DNA of 64,000 nucleotides from the NCBI GenBank assembly GCA_963662285.2, contig CAXXMV010000001.1, positions 992,001 through 1,056,000 on the forward strand, in the 5' to 3' direction. Position numbers and translations under genes: made by a program. This stretch comes from a bacterium (GTDB lineage Bacteria > Hinthialibacterota > Hinthialibacteria > Hinthialibacterales > Hinthialibacteraceae). Position 1 is the first letter of the stretch. Each line of letters opens with the position of its first letter. The notes under the pieces were generated by a model, which worked only from the letters and a program-made list of their open reading frames with translations, did not search any database and had not been told where the DNA came from. Positions 1-9,975 of the stretch are shown one piece after another.

Positions 1-367
1 TTGTTGCCTCAACTTCTTTTGCATCAGACAGTTCCTGTTTTCTGAGGTCCTGAAATCCGTTGTTAAGTTGTTCTCTACGTTGTTTTACGGAATCAGGGGG
101 AAGCAAGTCTTGTTTTAACTTTAATGACTCCATCTCATCAATTAATTCTTTATTCTTTTGCAGTAAATTCTTGCGTTTAGCAACAACATAAGTCTTTAAT
201 TCCTGGGAAACAGTTTTATATTTTTCCCATTTGTCATGGATTTCCTGCATGTCCAGATAGCCTAATTTAATGGTAGTTGGCTGAGCGTCACTAACAGACG
301 CTCCCAAAACAACCATGAAACAGACGCACAACAAAATAGACAATAATTTAGTTTTTCGTATTTGCAT
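1..367 (-). CDS. skp: OmpH/Skp family periplasmic chaperone, runs off the window edge
   Basis: Translated by hand from ATG at 367 (GGAGGA RBS upstream): MQIRKTKLLSILLCVCFMVVLGASVSDAQPTTIKLGYLDMQEIHDKWEKYK. Signal peptide, KLGYLD motif, coiled coil, directly downstream of bamA. Confidence 0.85.
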   Translation of the reverse strand, partial: MQIRKTKLLSILLCVCFMVVLGASVSDAQPTTIKLGYLDMQEIHDKWEKYKTVSQELKTYVVAKRKNLLQKNKELIDEMESLKLKQDLLPPDSVKQRREQLNNGFQDLRKQELSDAKEVEAT

Positions 368-455
368 AATAATTCCTCCAGAAAAAAAACAACCTGAATA
401 TTCTACTTCGTATCATGATAAAACATACCCCCAATATAAGCGGGATATAGAATGA

Positions 456-2851
456 TTAAAAACTTTGTCCAAAACTGAAATGGAAGAATTCTGTATCATC
501 TCCAGATAATTTGCGTAGTGGAAAAGCCAAATCAAAGCGAATCATAGCGTTAAGACCGGGAATTCTTACCCGTATTCCCGCTCCAGCGCTATAACGAAAA
601 TCTGAAGGATCAATATCGCCAATCTCCGGCCAGACAGAACCCATATCCACAAAAGATACTGCCTGAAACATCTGCGTTATGGGATAGCGCAATTCTAAAT
701 TACCAACATAGACGGCTTCACCTCCCAGATAAGTTCGATAACCACCATCGACATTTTTATATCTGAGGATAGCAGAAGGACCAATTCCACCTTCATCAAA
801 TCCACGAATCGAATTGGCGCCGCCTGCAAAAAAGCGTTCCTGCAGAGGAATGAATCCAGGATCGCCATAAGCATAGGCCATATTTAATTCACTGGATAAA
901 GCAAAAATAAACCTATCGAATACCGGCAGAAAATAATTAAAGGTATTTTTCCATTTAATAAATTCATTATCAGTAACGCCAGCAATCTCTATCATGGAAC
1001 GACTGTATATGCCTTCTCGTGGATCGACTTTAAAATCACGACCATCATAATAATAACCGAAGGACAAACTGGTAGTGGTGTTCTCGCCCAGATTAAATTC
1101 ACGGGGAATAGAAGCGGGGTCAAGATCGTATCTTTCACCTACATCCGGGTTTAAATTTGTGATTTCGCCTTTGGCGCCAACTAACAGGGAAAGTTCATCA
1201 GACAGTTCTTTACCAATAGTAAGCGACGATCCGGTCCTCTGTTCGTCAAAACGCCGTCCGCCATAACCTTCCTGATCGATATAATAAATATCCCAATCAG
1301 CGCTGTAATCGGTATTAAACAGATGAGGTTCATAAATATCCAACGCTAACCGGTTGCGCAACTCTCCAATTTCACCAGTTATTGAGCCGCGAATGCCATA
1401 TCCAAGGATATTGCGTTCAGTCAACGTAACAAAAACGGACGGCCCATAGGCGGTCGAGAGTCCACCACCGAAGGTCAACATGCCGTTTCTTTCTCTTCCA
1501 GCAAAAGACGTAAGTTTTCTGTTGACGGATCAGAAGGAATCCGGACTCGTTCGAATCCCGGATAAAGGTTTGTTTGTCCAGGCATGGGAATTCCCCGGGA
1601 TTTAAAGAAGTCGAGATTGATCAGGTTACGGTCGCTCTCAATCACTTTAGTCCAGTCCAGCGGTTCACCTTCATCCAGTTCTATTTCCCGCTCAATGACA
1701 AACTTTTTGGTTCTGAACTCATCATCTTCCGTCGGGATAATTGAGCCGTCATCAAGAGTAATAACCCCTTGAATCTCAACTTTACCCAAGTGTTTTCTGG
1801 GCGATTCTGTGGTGAGCAGACGCAAATTGACTATATGGTTTGTTTGATCTTTATCGATATCGGGCTTGATCTCGGAATCAAGATATCCTTGTCCTCGATA
1901 GACATTCAACATCTCAACCAGATCACGGGATAATGTTCCAATAGAGAATTGGTCGCCAGGACGCAGCGATAAATATTGAAGAAGTTCCGCATCAGAGAAG
2001 ATGGTATTGCCATCAATAGAAATATCTCCAATAAAATATGGCTCACCCTCTTCGATCTTAAAAGTGATAGTTAAACCATTATTCTCTTCTATTACCGGAG
2101 CGACGCTGGCTTTTGCATCAAGATAGCCAATATCTGCATAACCTAACTTTTCAATATTACTCAAATCGTTTTGAACCACTTCATGATCATAATGGCGCTT
2201 GATAATAAACCAAAAAGATTTCTTGGTTTCAATAACTTTACTCAAAGCTTTATCGGGAATAACGGTATTACCTTCAAAAATAATCTTCTTTACCGGCAGA
2301 CGTTCTCCTTCTTTTATTTCAATAATCAGGATAGTGGAATCTGGTTTTTCTCCAGTTTCCTGTCGCCATGAGATCTGAGTATTTGGGAAGGATTTTTCGG
2401 TATAGTGAGTTTTGATCTTGTTTATAAAAAGTTTTACCTGATCCTCGGAAAAGAACAGTCTCTCTTTTCCGGTGAAATCAATTATTGTATTGAGCTTTTT
2501 TTCCTTATATTTCTTATTTCCTTCATATTTGATACCAGAAATAAGCGGCTTTTCCACGACTTTCCATATTAAGTTCCAGCCACCGGCGATTGGTTCACAA
2601 TTAGGCTCCACATCGGTGAAATAACCAAGTGAGTAGATTGCCCGGATATCATCGCGAATCCGAGCCGTTGTAGCTATAGAAGCCACATCATCACCAGGTC
2701 GAGTCTGAACAACTTCCAGTATCTCCTCTTGACTAACATAAACAGCGCCTTCAACCGATACTTTAATAATGGTATCGGCTAAAGAAGAGGTAGATATACT
2801 CGCTAATAGCAGAACAGTCCCAATTTGGATAAATAAGCAGCGCAGTTTCAG
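456..2851 (-). CDS. bamA: Outer membrane protein assembly factor BamA, split by a 1-nt frameshift near 1482, probable CTG start
   Basis: ORF 1475..2686 holds POTRA domains. ORF 456..1481 holds the barrel with SIRGF motif and terminal F. Frame stays open upstream to CTG at 2851, adding a signal peptide after an AAGGAGGT RBS. Confidence 0.93.
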
Positions 2852-5300
2852 ATCACTACCTCCTTCGGCGATGACTCACGAAACAAGAGTTCATCATTCC
2901 CCACATCAACAATAATTTCCTGCTCACCTTTAAAGCGACCTTTAAGCACTTCTTCAGATAAAGGATCTTCCAGATGCTTTTGAATCATTCGCTTTAATGC
3001 CTCGCGCCATAGGCTTTATCAAAGCCTTTATCAACTAAAAAAGATTTTGCTGCATCCGTCAGTGCAAGTTTGAATCCCATCGGGGCAATCCGCTCTTGAA
3101 CTTCATCAATCGCAATATCACAAATCTTAAGTAAATGCTCCCGTTCCAGTTCATGAAAAACGACGAATTCATCAACCCGGTTAATGAATTCCGGTCTAAA
3201 TTCCTTTTTCAATTCGCTCATGACCTTGCCTTTCATATCTTTATAACTGAGCGAATCTCTTTCGGAAGTAAAACCAAGTGAGGCGCGATTAGTAATCTCC
3301 TGAGATCCGATATTGGATGTCATTATTAGAATGGTATGCCGAAAATCCACTTTATGTCCAGTGGAATCAGTAAGTCGCCCATCATCCAAGACCTGTAGGA
3401 GAATATTATAGACATCTTGATGTGCTTTTTCGATCTCATCAAGACATATAACAGAATAAGGTTTACGACGCACTTTTTCAGTTAACTGTCCACCTTCGTC
3501 ATGTCCAATGTATCCTGGAGGAGCGCCGATCAGTCGGGAGACAGCGAATTTCTCCATATATTCAGACATATCAACGGAAATCAAAGCATCTTCATCGCCA
3601 AACATGAATTCAGCGAGAGTTTTAGCCAAATGCGTTTTTCCTGTACCAGTTGGTCCTAAAAATAAAAAAGAACCGATGGGCCGTTGTTGATTAGAAAAAC
3701 CTACACGGGAACGACGGATGGCTTTAGAAATGATAGAGATCGCCTCTTCTTGCCCAACGACTTTTTCATGAAGTTTCTCTTCAATACGCAACAATCGAGA
3801 ATATTCTTTTTCTTCGATTTTAACCATGGGAATGCCGGTCCACTTTGAAACTACATAGGCGATTTCGTCTTCGTCTACAACAGTTTCCTTACCAGCCATA
3901 CTGCGCGACTCTTCCCATTGCTGCGAAAGAACAGTTTGTTTTTCGCGTAGTTCTTCACGTTTACGCTTCAATTCGAGGCATTTTTCAAACTCTTCAGATA
4001 CAGTAGCAGACTCAATCTCTTTCATGATCTGCTTAATAGTTTCATCAATTTCACGCAGTTCTTTGGGCCGGGTGGTTGCCTGTAATCTTGCGCGGGAACC
4101 AGCCTCATCAATCAGATCAATAGCCTTATCGGGTAAATAACGATCAGAGACATATCTGTCGGAAAGCGTCGCCGCTGATTCGATAGCCTCTTTGGTATAT
4201 CTTACGCGGTGGTGCGCTTCGTATTTGTCGCGTAAACCTTCTAAAATGCTGAAAGTCTCCTTGACCGATGGGGGATTAACAATAACGGTCTGGAAACGGC
4301 GCTCAAGCGCACTGTCTTTTTCGATATATTTCCGGTATTCATCAAGCGTTGTAGCGCCGATGCATTGCAACTCGCCGCGAGCCAACGCGGGCTTCAGCAT
4401 ATTGGATGCATCCATTGATCCTTCTGCGGCGCCAGCGCCTACTAAAGTATGCAGTTCATCTACAAAAAGAATTGTATTGCTGGAACGGCGAATCTCTTCT
4501 AAAACCGATTTCAAGCGTTCTTCAAATTGTCCACGATACTTGGTGCCAGCCACCAACCCAGCTAAATCAAGCGTGATCAAGCGTCTATTAAGCAGAAGAT
4601 CAGGAACGGTGCGAGACATGATCTGCTGCGCCAAACCTTCAGCGATGGCAGTTTTTCCAACGCCTGCTTCACCAATCAAAACGGGATTATTTTTTGTGCG
4701 GCGACATAAAATCTGAATTACCCGCTCAATCTCGTCCTGTCGACCAATGACGGGATCAAGTTTATCCATAGAAGCAAGTTCAGTAAGATCAGTTCCAAAA
4801 GCATCCAGGGCCGGAGTTTTGCTTTTACTTTTGCCAGCGGCCACAGCTTCCTGCGGTCCGCCGCCCATCAGGCGGAGAATCTCGCTGCGGGCTTTTATTA
4901 AATCAACACCATGGCTTGCCAGAATCCGGGCGGCAAGACCTTCATTTTCCCGAATGACGCCTAACAACAAATGCTCTGTGCCGATGAAATTAACGCCAAA
5001 CGCCTGAGCTTCCTGATATGCGAATTCTATGGCCCGTTTTGCGCTGGGCGAAAGAGAAATGGTACTATCAACACTGCCGCCGCTCGACTCATGTTGGATA
5101 TTTTTTTGAATCTCAATGCGCAAGGCTTCCAAATTCAATTCCATATTCCGCATTGCGGTTGCAGCAACGCCTTCACCTTCCGCAATGAGACCAACAAGGA
5201 CATGTTCAGTTGCGGCATGGCTGCATCCCATTCGTGAAGCTTCTTCTTTAGCACGTTTCATAACCAGCCGTGCCCGTTCAGTTAATCGATCAAACATCAT
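2848..5300 (-). CDS. clpC: ATP-dependent Clp protease ATP-binding subunit ClpC, 1-nt frameshift near 3000
   Basis: Clp N-domain, two AAA+ modules ([16 protein letters not shown]), UVR-like middle domain. After YGAR the conserved tail (P)[20 protein letters not shown] continues in another frame to TGA at 2848. Confidence 0.95.
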
Positions 5301-5516
5301 TGCGCTTGCTCCTGATAATGATATATAGCACCGGTACGCGTTGAATTCCTTGTAGTTTCAGTCCGGCTGGTTGGCGATTTTTCCTAAATATATCAATAAT
5401 TAATTATAGTGGTTTACATGATAACGTATAAGCGTCTCAAAAGACTACAACACGGTCTTTGGGGAAGACGAAATGTTACCTAAAAAAGAAACTAGTAGAT
5501 AGAACCACTCTAGAGA

Positions 5517-6569
5517 TTAATTTTTGATCCAGTTTCGAATCAACTCGGCTCTATATTCATCCCGCTCGGTAGCAGTAAGAGTTTTTTCGGCCTGTTTCTG
5601 CAAATGAGCGGGACGCACCCGCACGATCATATCATTCAAACTATCGTATGATGGCTTTTCAAAAATCCCAAGGTTTAAACCCATTCGGATTGATGAAAAA
5701 AGTTCTATCGCTTCATTGGAACTCATAACTTGAGCATAGCTCAATGTAGCAAATGCACGCCAAATCCTATCTTCAACCTGGCTGCGCTTCTCTTTAATTA
5801 ATTTATCCAGCGCTTTTCGTTCCTGATCAAGAATTTGTTCTAATAATGTATCAATCTTTGCAATGGTATCCAATTCGGAAATGCCCAAGGTCCATTGATT
5901 TGATATCTGGAACAAGTTGCCGGTAATCTCACTACCTTCACCTGACAAACCCCGCACTGTAATTCCCATTTGCGTAACAGCGCTAAGCACTTTATCAATA
6001 CGCCGTGAAATCACCAATGCAGGCAGATGCACCATAACCGAACATCGGATTCCTGTACCGACATTGGTGGGACAGGCGGTTAAATAACCAAACGTATTAG
6101 AGAACGAATAAGTAATGGATTCTTCTAAATCCGTATCGATTTGATTGATGCGCTTCCAGGTCTCTTCCAGATTATTGCCTGGCATAAGTACTTGCAAACG
6201 AAGATGGTCCTCTTCATTCACCATAATACTGGCGGTTTGATCCTTGCAAATGGCAACATATCTCTCAATCCCGCTTTTAGCCAATTCGCGGCTTATCATA
6301 TTTCTTTCAGCAAGAAAGTACCGGTCTGTAGGCTCCATCTCATCCATGCAAAATAAATCCGGATTATTTAAGGAGGATGCGTTTCGAATAGCTTTTTTGG
6401 CTTGCTCGGAGATTCGCTTTAAATCAGTGGAAGAGGCCCATTGCGAAAAAGGAATCCCTTCAATATTTCGAGCCAGCCGTATACGACTGCTGATCACCAG
6501 ATTATCGATAGGTTTACCGGTCTTAAGCCATCCGCATTCCGTAAGATATTTTTTTGGTAAATCCACCAT
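5517..6569 (-). CDS. mcsB: Protein arginine kinase McsB
   Basis: ISSRIRLARN, NEEDHLR and CPTNVGTG motifs; lies between mcsA and clpC. Confidence 0.95.
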   Translation of the reverse strand: MVDLPKKYLTECGWLKTGKPIDNLVISSRIRLARNIEGIPFSQWASSTDLKRISEQAKKAIRNASSLNNPDLFCMDEMEPTDRYFLAERNMISRELAKSGIERYVAICKDQTASIMVNEEDHLRLQVLMPGNNLEETWKRINQIDTDLEESITYSFSNTFGYLTACPTNVGTGIRCSVMVHLPALVISRRIDKVLSAVTQMGITVRGLSGEGSEITGNLFQISNQWTLGISELDTIAKIDTLLEQILDQERKALDKLIKEKRSQVEDRIWRAFATLSYAQVMSSNEAIELFSSIRMGLNLGIFEKPSYDSLNDMIVRVRPAHLQKQAEKTLTATERDEYRAELIRNWIKN

Positions 6570-6606
6570 TTATTATCAACTTTCCTGCATTATTTCAAAA
6601 CTTATA

Positions 6607-7125
6607 TTATTCAATACCATAATGCGATAGTTGGCCTTCCATATCGCGTATCTGATCTCTCAATTTAGCTGCCAATTCAAAATTTTCCTGCCCTACAGCC
6701 TCTTTCAATTGCATCCGTAAATAAGAAACATTGCGCCTCAAAACCAGCTGAGCATCACCTTTTCCCGGCGTTTTTCCAATATGCTTGACTTCTTTTTGCA
6801 CCTTCTGTAATAACGGTTTCAATTCAGGAGAAAAGGTATCATAACACAACGCGCAACCCAAGCGTCCGCTTTCTTTGAATGCATTATATGATAATCCACA
6901 AGAGGAACAGGTTTGATGCGCGTTAAATTCCGCATCCTGGTTTTTGGTAAAAGAGATGTTGCCGGTCAGGAATTGCTCGATTGAAAAAGAAGGATTAATA
7001 GAGGTTCCTTCAATTCCACATTTCTGAGAACAATCATGACATATGTGAATCGAATATTTCTTACTATTTTTTAACTGCGTTATATGAATCTTCGCAGGAT
7101 TTTTTTTACATATTTCGCAAAGCAT
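6607..7125 (-). CDS. mcsA: McsA activator of McsB
   Basis: Four CxxC motifs, GRLGC, C-terminal UVR domain ENFELAAKLRDQI. Confidence 0.93.
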   Translation of the reverse strand: MLCEICKKNPAKIHITQLKNSKKYSIHICHDCSQKCGIEGTSINPSFSIEQFLTGNISFTKNQDAEFNAHQTCSSCGLSYNAFKESGRLGCALCYDTFSPELKPLLQKVQKEVKHIGKTPGKGDAQLVLRRNVSYLRMQLKEAVGQENFELAAKLRDQIRDMEGQLSHYGIE

Positions 7126-7148
7126 AGCGCAAACTCGTTTCCTTCAAT

Positions 7149-8084
7149 CTATTCATTATTAACGTACGTTTCATGATAGATTGAAATTCCATCAGTTTCC
7201 GTCCTTTTAATAAACGCTTCCATTAGCGCTAATGTAATTGGTCCTCGCTCGCCAGATCCAATTGTACGAGCATTTATAGTGGTTACAGGGACGACTCTAG
7301 CAGCCGTTCCCGTCACAAAACACTCATCCGCATTAAATAGGTCAGCCAGAGTGATATGATCTTCCCGGCATGACATACCTTTTTCTAAAGCCAATTCTAT
7401 GACAGCTTCACGCGTTATCCCCGGCAAGGCGCCATCTGATATAGGTGGAGTGATGACCTTACCTTCATCTACTATAAATATATTATCCGCTGTGGCTTCA
7501 GAAACAAATCCCATATGATTCAAAAAGATTGCTTCAGCAGCGCCTTCACGGTTAGAATCCAGTTTGGCTAGAATATTACCCAGATAATTCAAAGATTTTA
7601 TTTGGGGCGGCAAGGCGTCAGGCAGATTCCTTTTTATCGCTGTCGTAACCAGGGTTAATCCTTTTTCATACAATTCTTTGGGATATAGTTTTATTCGATC
7701 AATAATTACAATAAGTTTCGAAACGGGGCATTTACGTGGATCTAATCCCAAGTCTCCATCTCCACGGCTGACTATTACCCGAACATACAAGGGGTCTTCA
7801 TTATTGCTTAAATCCACTTCATTCTTCTGCGCCCAGGAGCGCGCCACTTTACCAATCTCTTCAAGGATATCCTTTTGAGAATATTGGATTTGCAAATCAA
7901 TCACTTTGGCGGAACGAAACAGACGCCTCATGTGCCTTTCGCCCCGGAAAATGCAATTCCCATAAATGCGAATGCCTTCGAAGACGCCATCTCCATAGAG
8001 AAAACCGTGGTCAAATACCGAAACCGTAGCGTCTTCCTTTGACACTAGATTTCTGTTGATTGAAATTACAGGAACCGTAGCCAT
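7149..8084 (-). CDS. ilvE: Branched-chain amino acid aminotransferase (class IV PLP)
   Basis: DHGFLYGDGVFEG, KSLNY and LPGITR motifs. Confidence 0.92.
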   Translation of the reverse strand: MATVPVISINRNLVSKEDATVSVFDHGFLYGDGVFEGIRIYGNCIFRGERHMRRLFRSAKVIDLQIQYSQKDILEEIGKVARSWAQKNEVDLSNNEDPLYVRVIVSRGDGDLGLDPRKCPVSKLIVIIDRIKLYPKELYEKGLTLVTTAIKRNLPDALPPQIKSLNYLGNILAKLDSNREGAAEAIFLNHMGFVSEATADNIFIVDEGKVITPPISDGALPGITREAVIELALEKGMSCREDHITLADLFNADECFVTGTAARVVPVTTINARTIGSGERGPITLALMEAFIKRTETDGISIYHETYVNNE

Positions 8085-8288
8085 AACTACTGCAATCCTC
8101 CAAACCTCATTTAGAATGGTTAGTTAATCAAGTTCTATTTTCGTCTATCGCAAAAAAAAACCGTAAAATACTCTTTCAAGGCAAAAAGGAATAACAAAAG
8201 AATATAATTCACGAACCACTCTATACTCTAAAAGGTACAAAATACGCTTATTTACATAAGTCTACATGAAGCCAGACCGTTATCCAAG

Positions 8289-9797
8289 TCAAAGCGATAA
8301 ACGTTTCAAAAAGAGGACTCCGGTTCTGGTATCACGGCTGAATAAATAAAAAGAACGCCCGATAAAACTACCTGATAGTTCTTTATTTCGACGCCCAAGA
8401 TGCCATGCATATACAACATCCGAGTCTGCTGGATCAGGCAAATTGCGAATCAGGTCGCCCTGAGTCATATCACCGCTGGGAACTGCTACGAATACCACTG
8501 CGTCATGCAAATCATGCCGCTTTACCAATCGATATAGAGCACGCCTGTCATATATCTGTTCTGCATAGAAGGCGCCATGCTTCCAAAGCATAAATCCATT
8601 AGCGGTAAGTACAACAATGACAATATATAACAACAATTTTCTTTTTAGTATACTTTTCTCTAAGGATAATATTCCCGCCGTTGCCAGTAATATTATAAAA
8701 ACGACAGATTCATAATAAAACCGGGGTCCATATTGATTCCCGCCATCAGATGGATACAGCATGTAACCCAGCGGTAGAAGGAATGCTGAAATCGCAAAAT
8801 AGCGAAACCATTTATTATTTCTTTTACGCCACATACCCCATAGGGCTATAAGCGGAGCGCCGGGCGTTATCCACAAAAATAATCGCCCACAATTAATTAA
8901 AAGATTTCTGATTGCATCAGTTAAGCCATAGTGCTGAGTCTCAATATAATCAAACACTCGAATTACCCGGTCGCCGAATCCCAAACGTTCGCTTTCTAAC
9001 AAAAATCTTGCCGGACGCAGCCAATTACCTGTAAGAGACTGATTATTATAAATATAAAACATAAAAAAGGGTGAAGCGCCAATCACAAACCAGGCAATAA
9101 ATAGTTTCCGGTTAAATGAATGTCGCGCGATTCCAACAATTGGAATCGCCAAAAGCAAAATCGCTGTATATTCACGGGTAATAAAGGCCAGGGAAGCAAA
9201 GAAACCAGTTAATAGAGCATATATGCCTATTTCCATGCGATCCCACAATATTAAAGACACAATGGCGAGCATTACACATAAAAGGCAAGCAGGATGGGAG
9301 AAATAAGAGGCGCCGTTAAATAGAAAGAAGGGACAAATTACAGTCAGGGCAGTACTGATCCAGGCGCCTTTCCGTCCCATCAAAATCCACCCAAGAGCGA
9401 ATACGACCAGAACGGTTATTCCTCCAATAATTGGATTTACCAACGCAGGGACGCCCCAAAACATGCCTATTGACAGAATCAACGACCATCCCGGAGGGAA
9501 AATCGAAAAAACTTTCCCCTCATGCGTCAAAATATAAAAAGGTGAGAGAAATTCCTGATGAGGATGTTCTGGCGCAGACAGGCGACCTTGCGCAAATACT
9601 TGAGCTTGAAAAATATAGGCATGCTCATCAGCTGAATTCGGAAAACTTTGAAGAACATAACGGGATATACAAAACAAGGCTATTGTGGTTAACAAAACCA
9701 ATACAAGTAGAATCACCAACTCAGTTTTGTCGGGATATTGCTTTGATATTGAATTCGTTTGACAAGATACTTTTCTTTTTACTGATAACATTGACAC
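8289..9797 (-). CDS. GT-C fold membrane glycosyltransferase (ArnT/PMT-like); start uncertain
   Basis: Many TM helices, DE motif in first loop (NSADEHAY), FPPGW and YGPRF motifs. Confidence 0.7.
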   Translation of the reverse strand: MSMLSVKRKVSCQTNSISKQYPDKTELVILLVLVLLTTIALFCISRYVLQSFPNSADEHAYIFQAQVFAQGRLSAPEHPHQEFLSPFYILTHEGKVFSIFPPGWSLILSIGMFWGVPALVNPIIGGITVLVVFALGWILMGRKGAWISTALTVICPFFLFNGASYFSHPACLLCVMLAIVSLILWDRMEIGIYALLTGFFASLAFITREYTAILLLAIPIVGIARHSFNRKLFIAWFVIGASPFFMFYIYNNQSLTGNWLRPARFLLESERLGFGDRVIRVFDYIETQHYGLTDAIRNLLINCGRLFLWITPGAPLIALWGMWRKRNNKWFRYFAISAFLLPLGYMLYPSDGGNQYGPRFYYESVVFIILLATAGILSLEKSILKRKLLLYIVIVVLTANGFMLWKHGAFYAEQIYDRRALYRLVKRHDLHDAVVFVAVPSGDMTQGDLIRNLPDPADSDVVYAWHLGRRNKELSGSFIGRSFYLFSRDTRTGVLFLKRLSL

Positions 9798-9917
9798 CGT
9801 GTTTTTGAGTAATTGACATAATGATATTCTGACTGGCGATTAGAAAACCAAACGTGATAATTATCGAACATATTTTTGATAATCGCTCTATCACTCAAAG
9901 TAATTGACATAATAACA

Positions 9918-9946
9918 GAAAAAGCCTCTTCTGAAGAGGCTTTTTC
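9918..9946 (-). terminator. Intrinsic terminator after dxs
   Basis: GAAAAAGCCTCTTC/GAAGAGGCTTTTTC inverted repeat with A and T tracts. Confidence 0.75.
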
Positions 9947-9975
9947 TTATCAAAACAAATTTACATAATTATAGA

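Noticed and set aside
456-5300. bamA and clpC as true pseudogenes
   Set aside because: Only one 1-nt lesion each, all motifs intact, and BamA is essential; assembly error is more likely.
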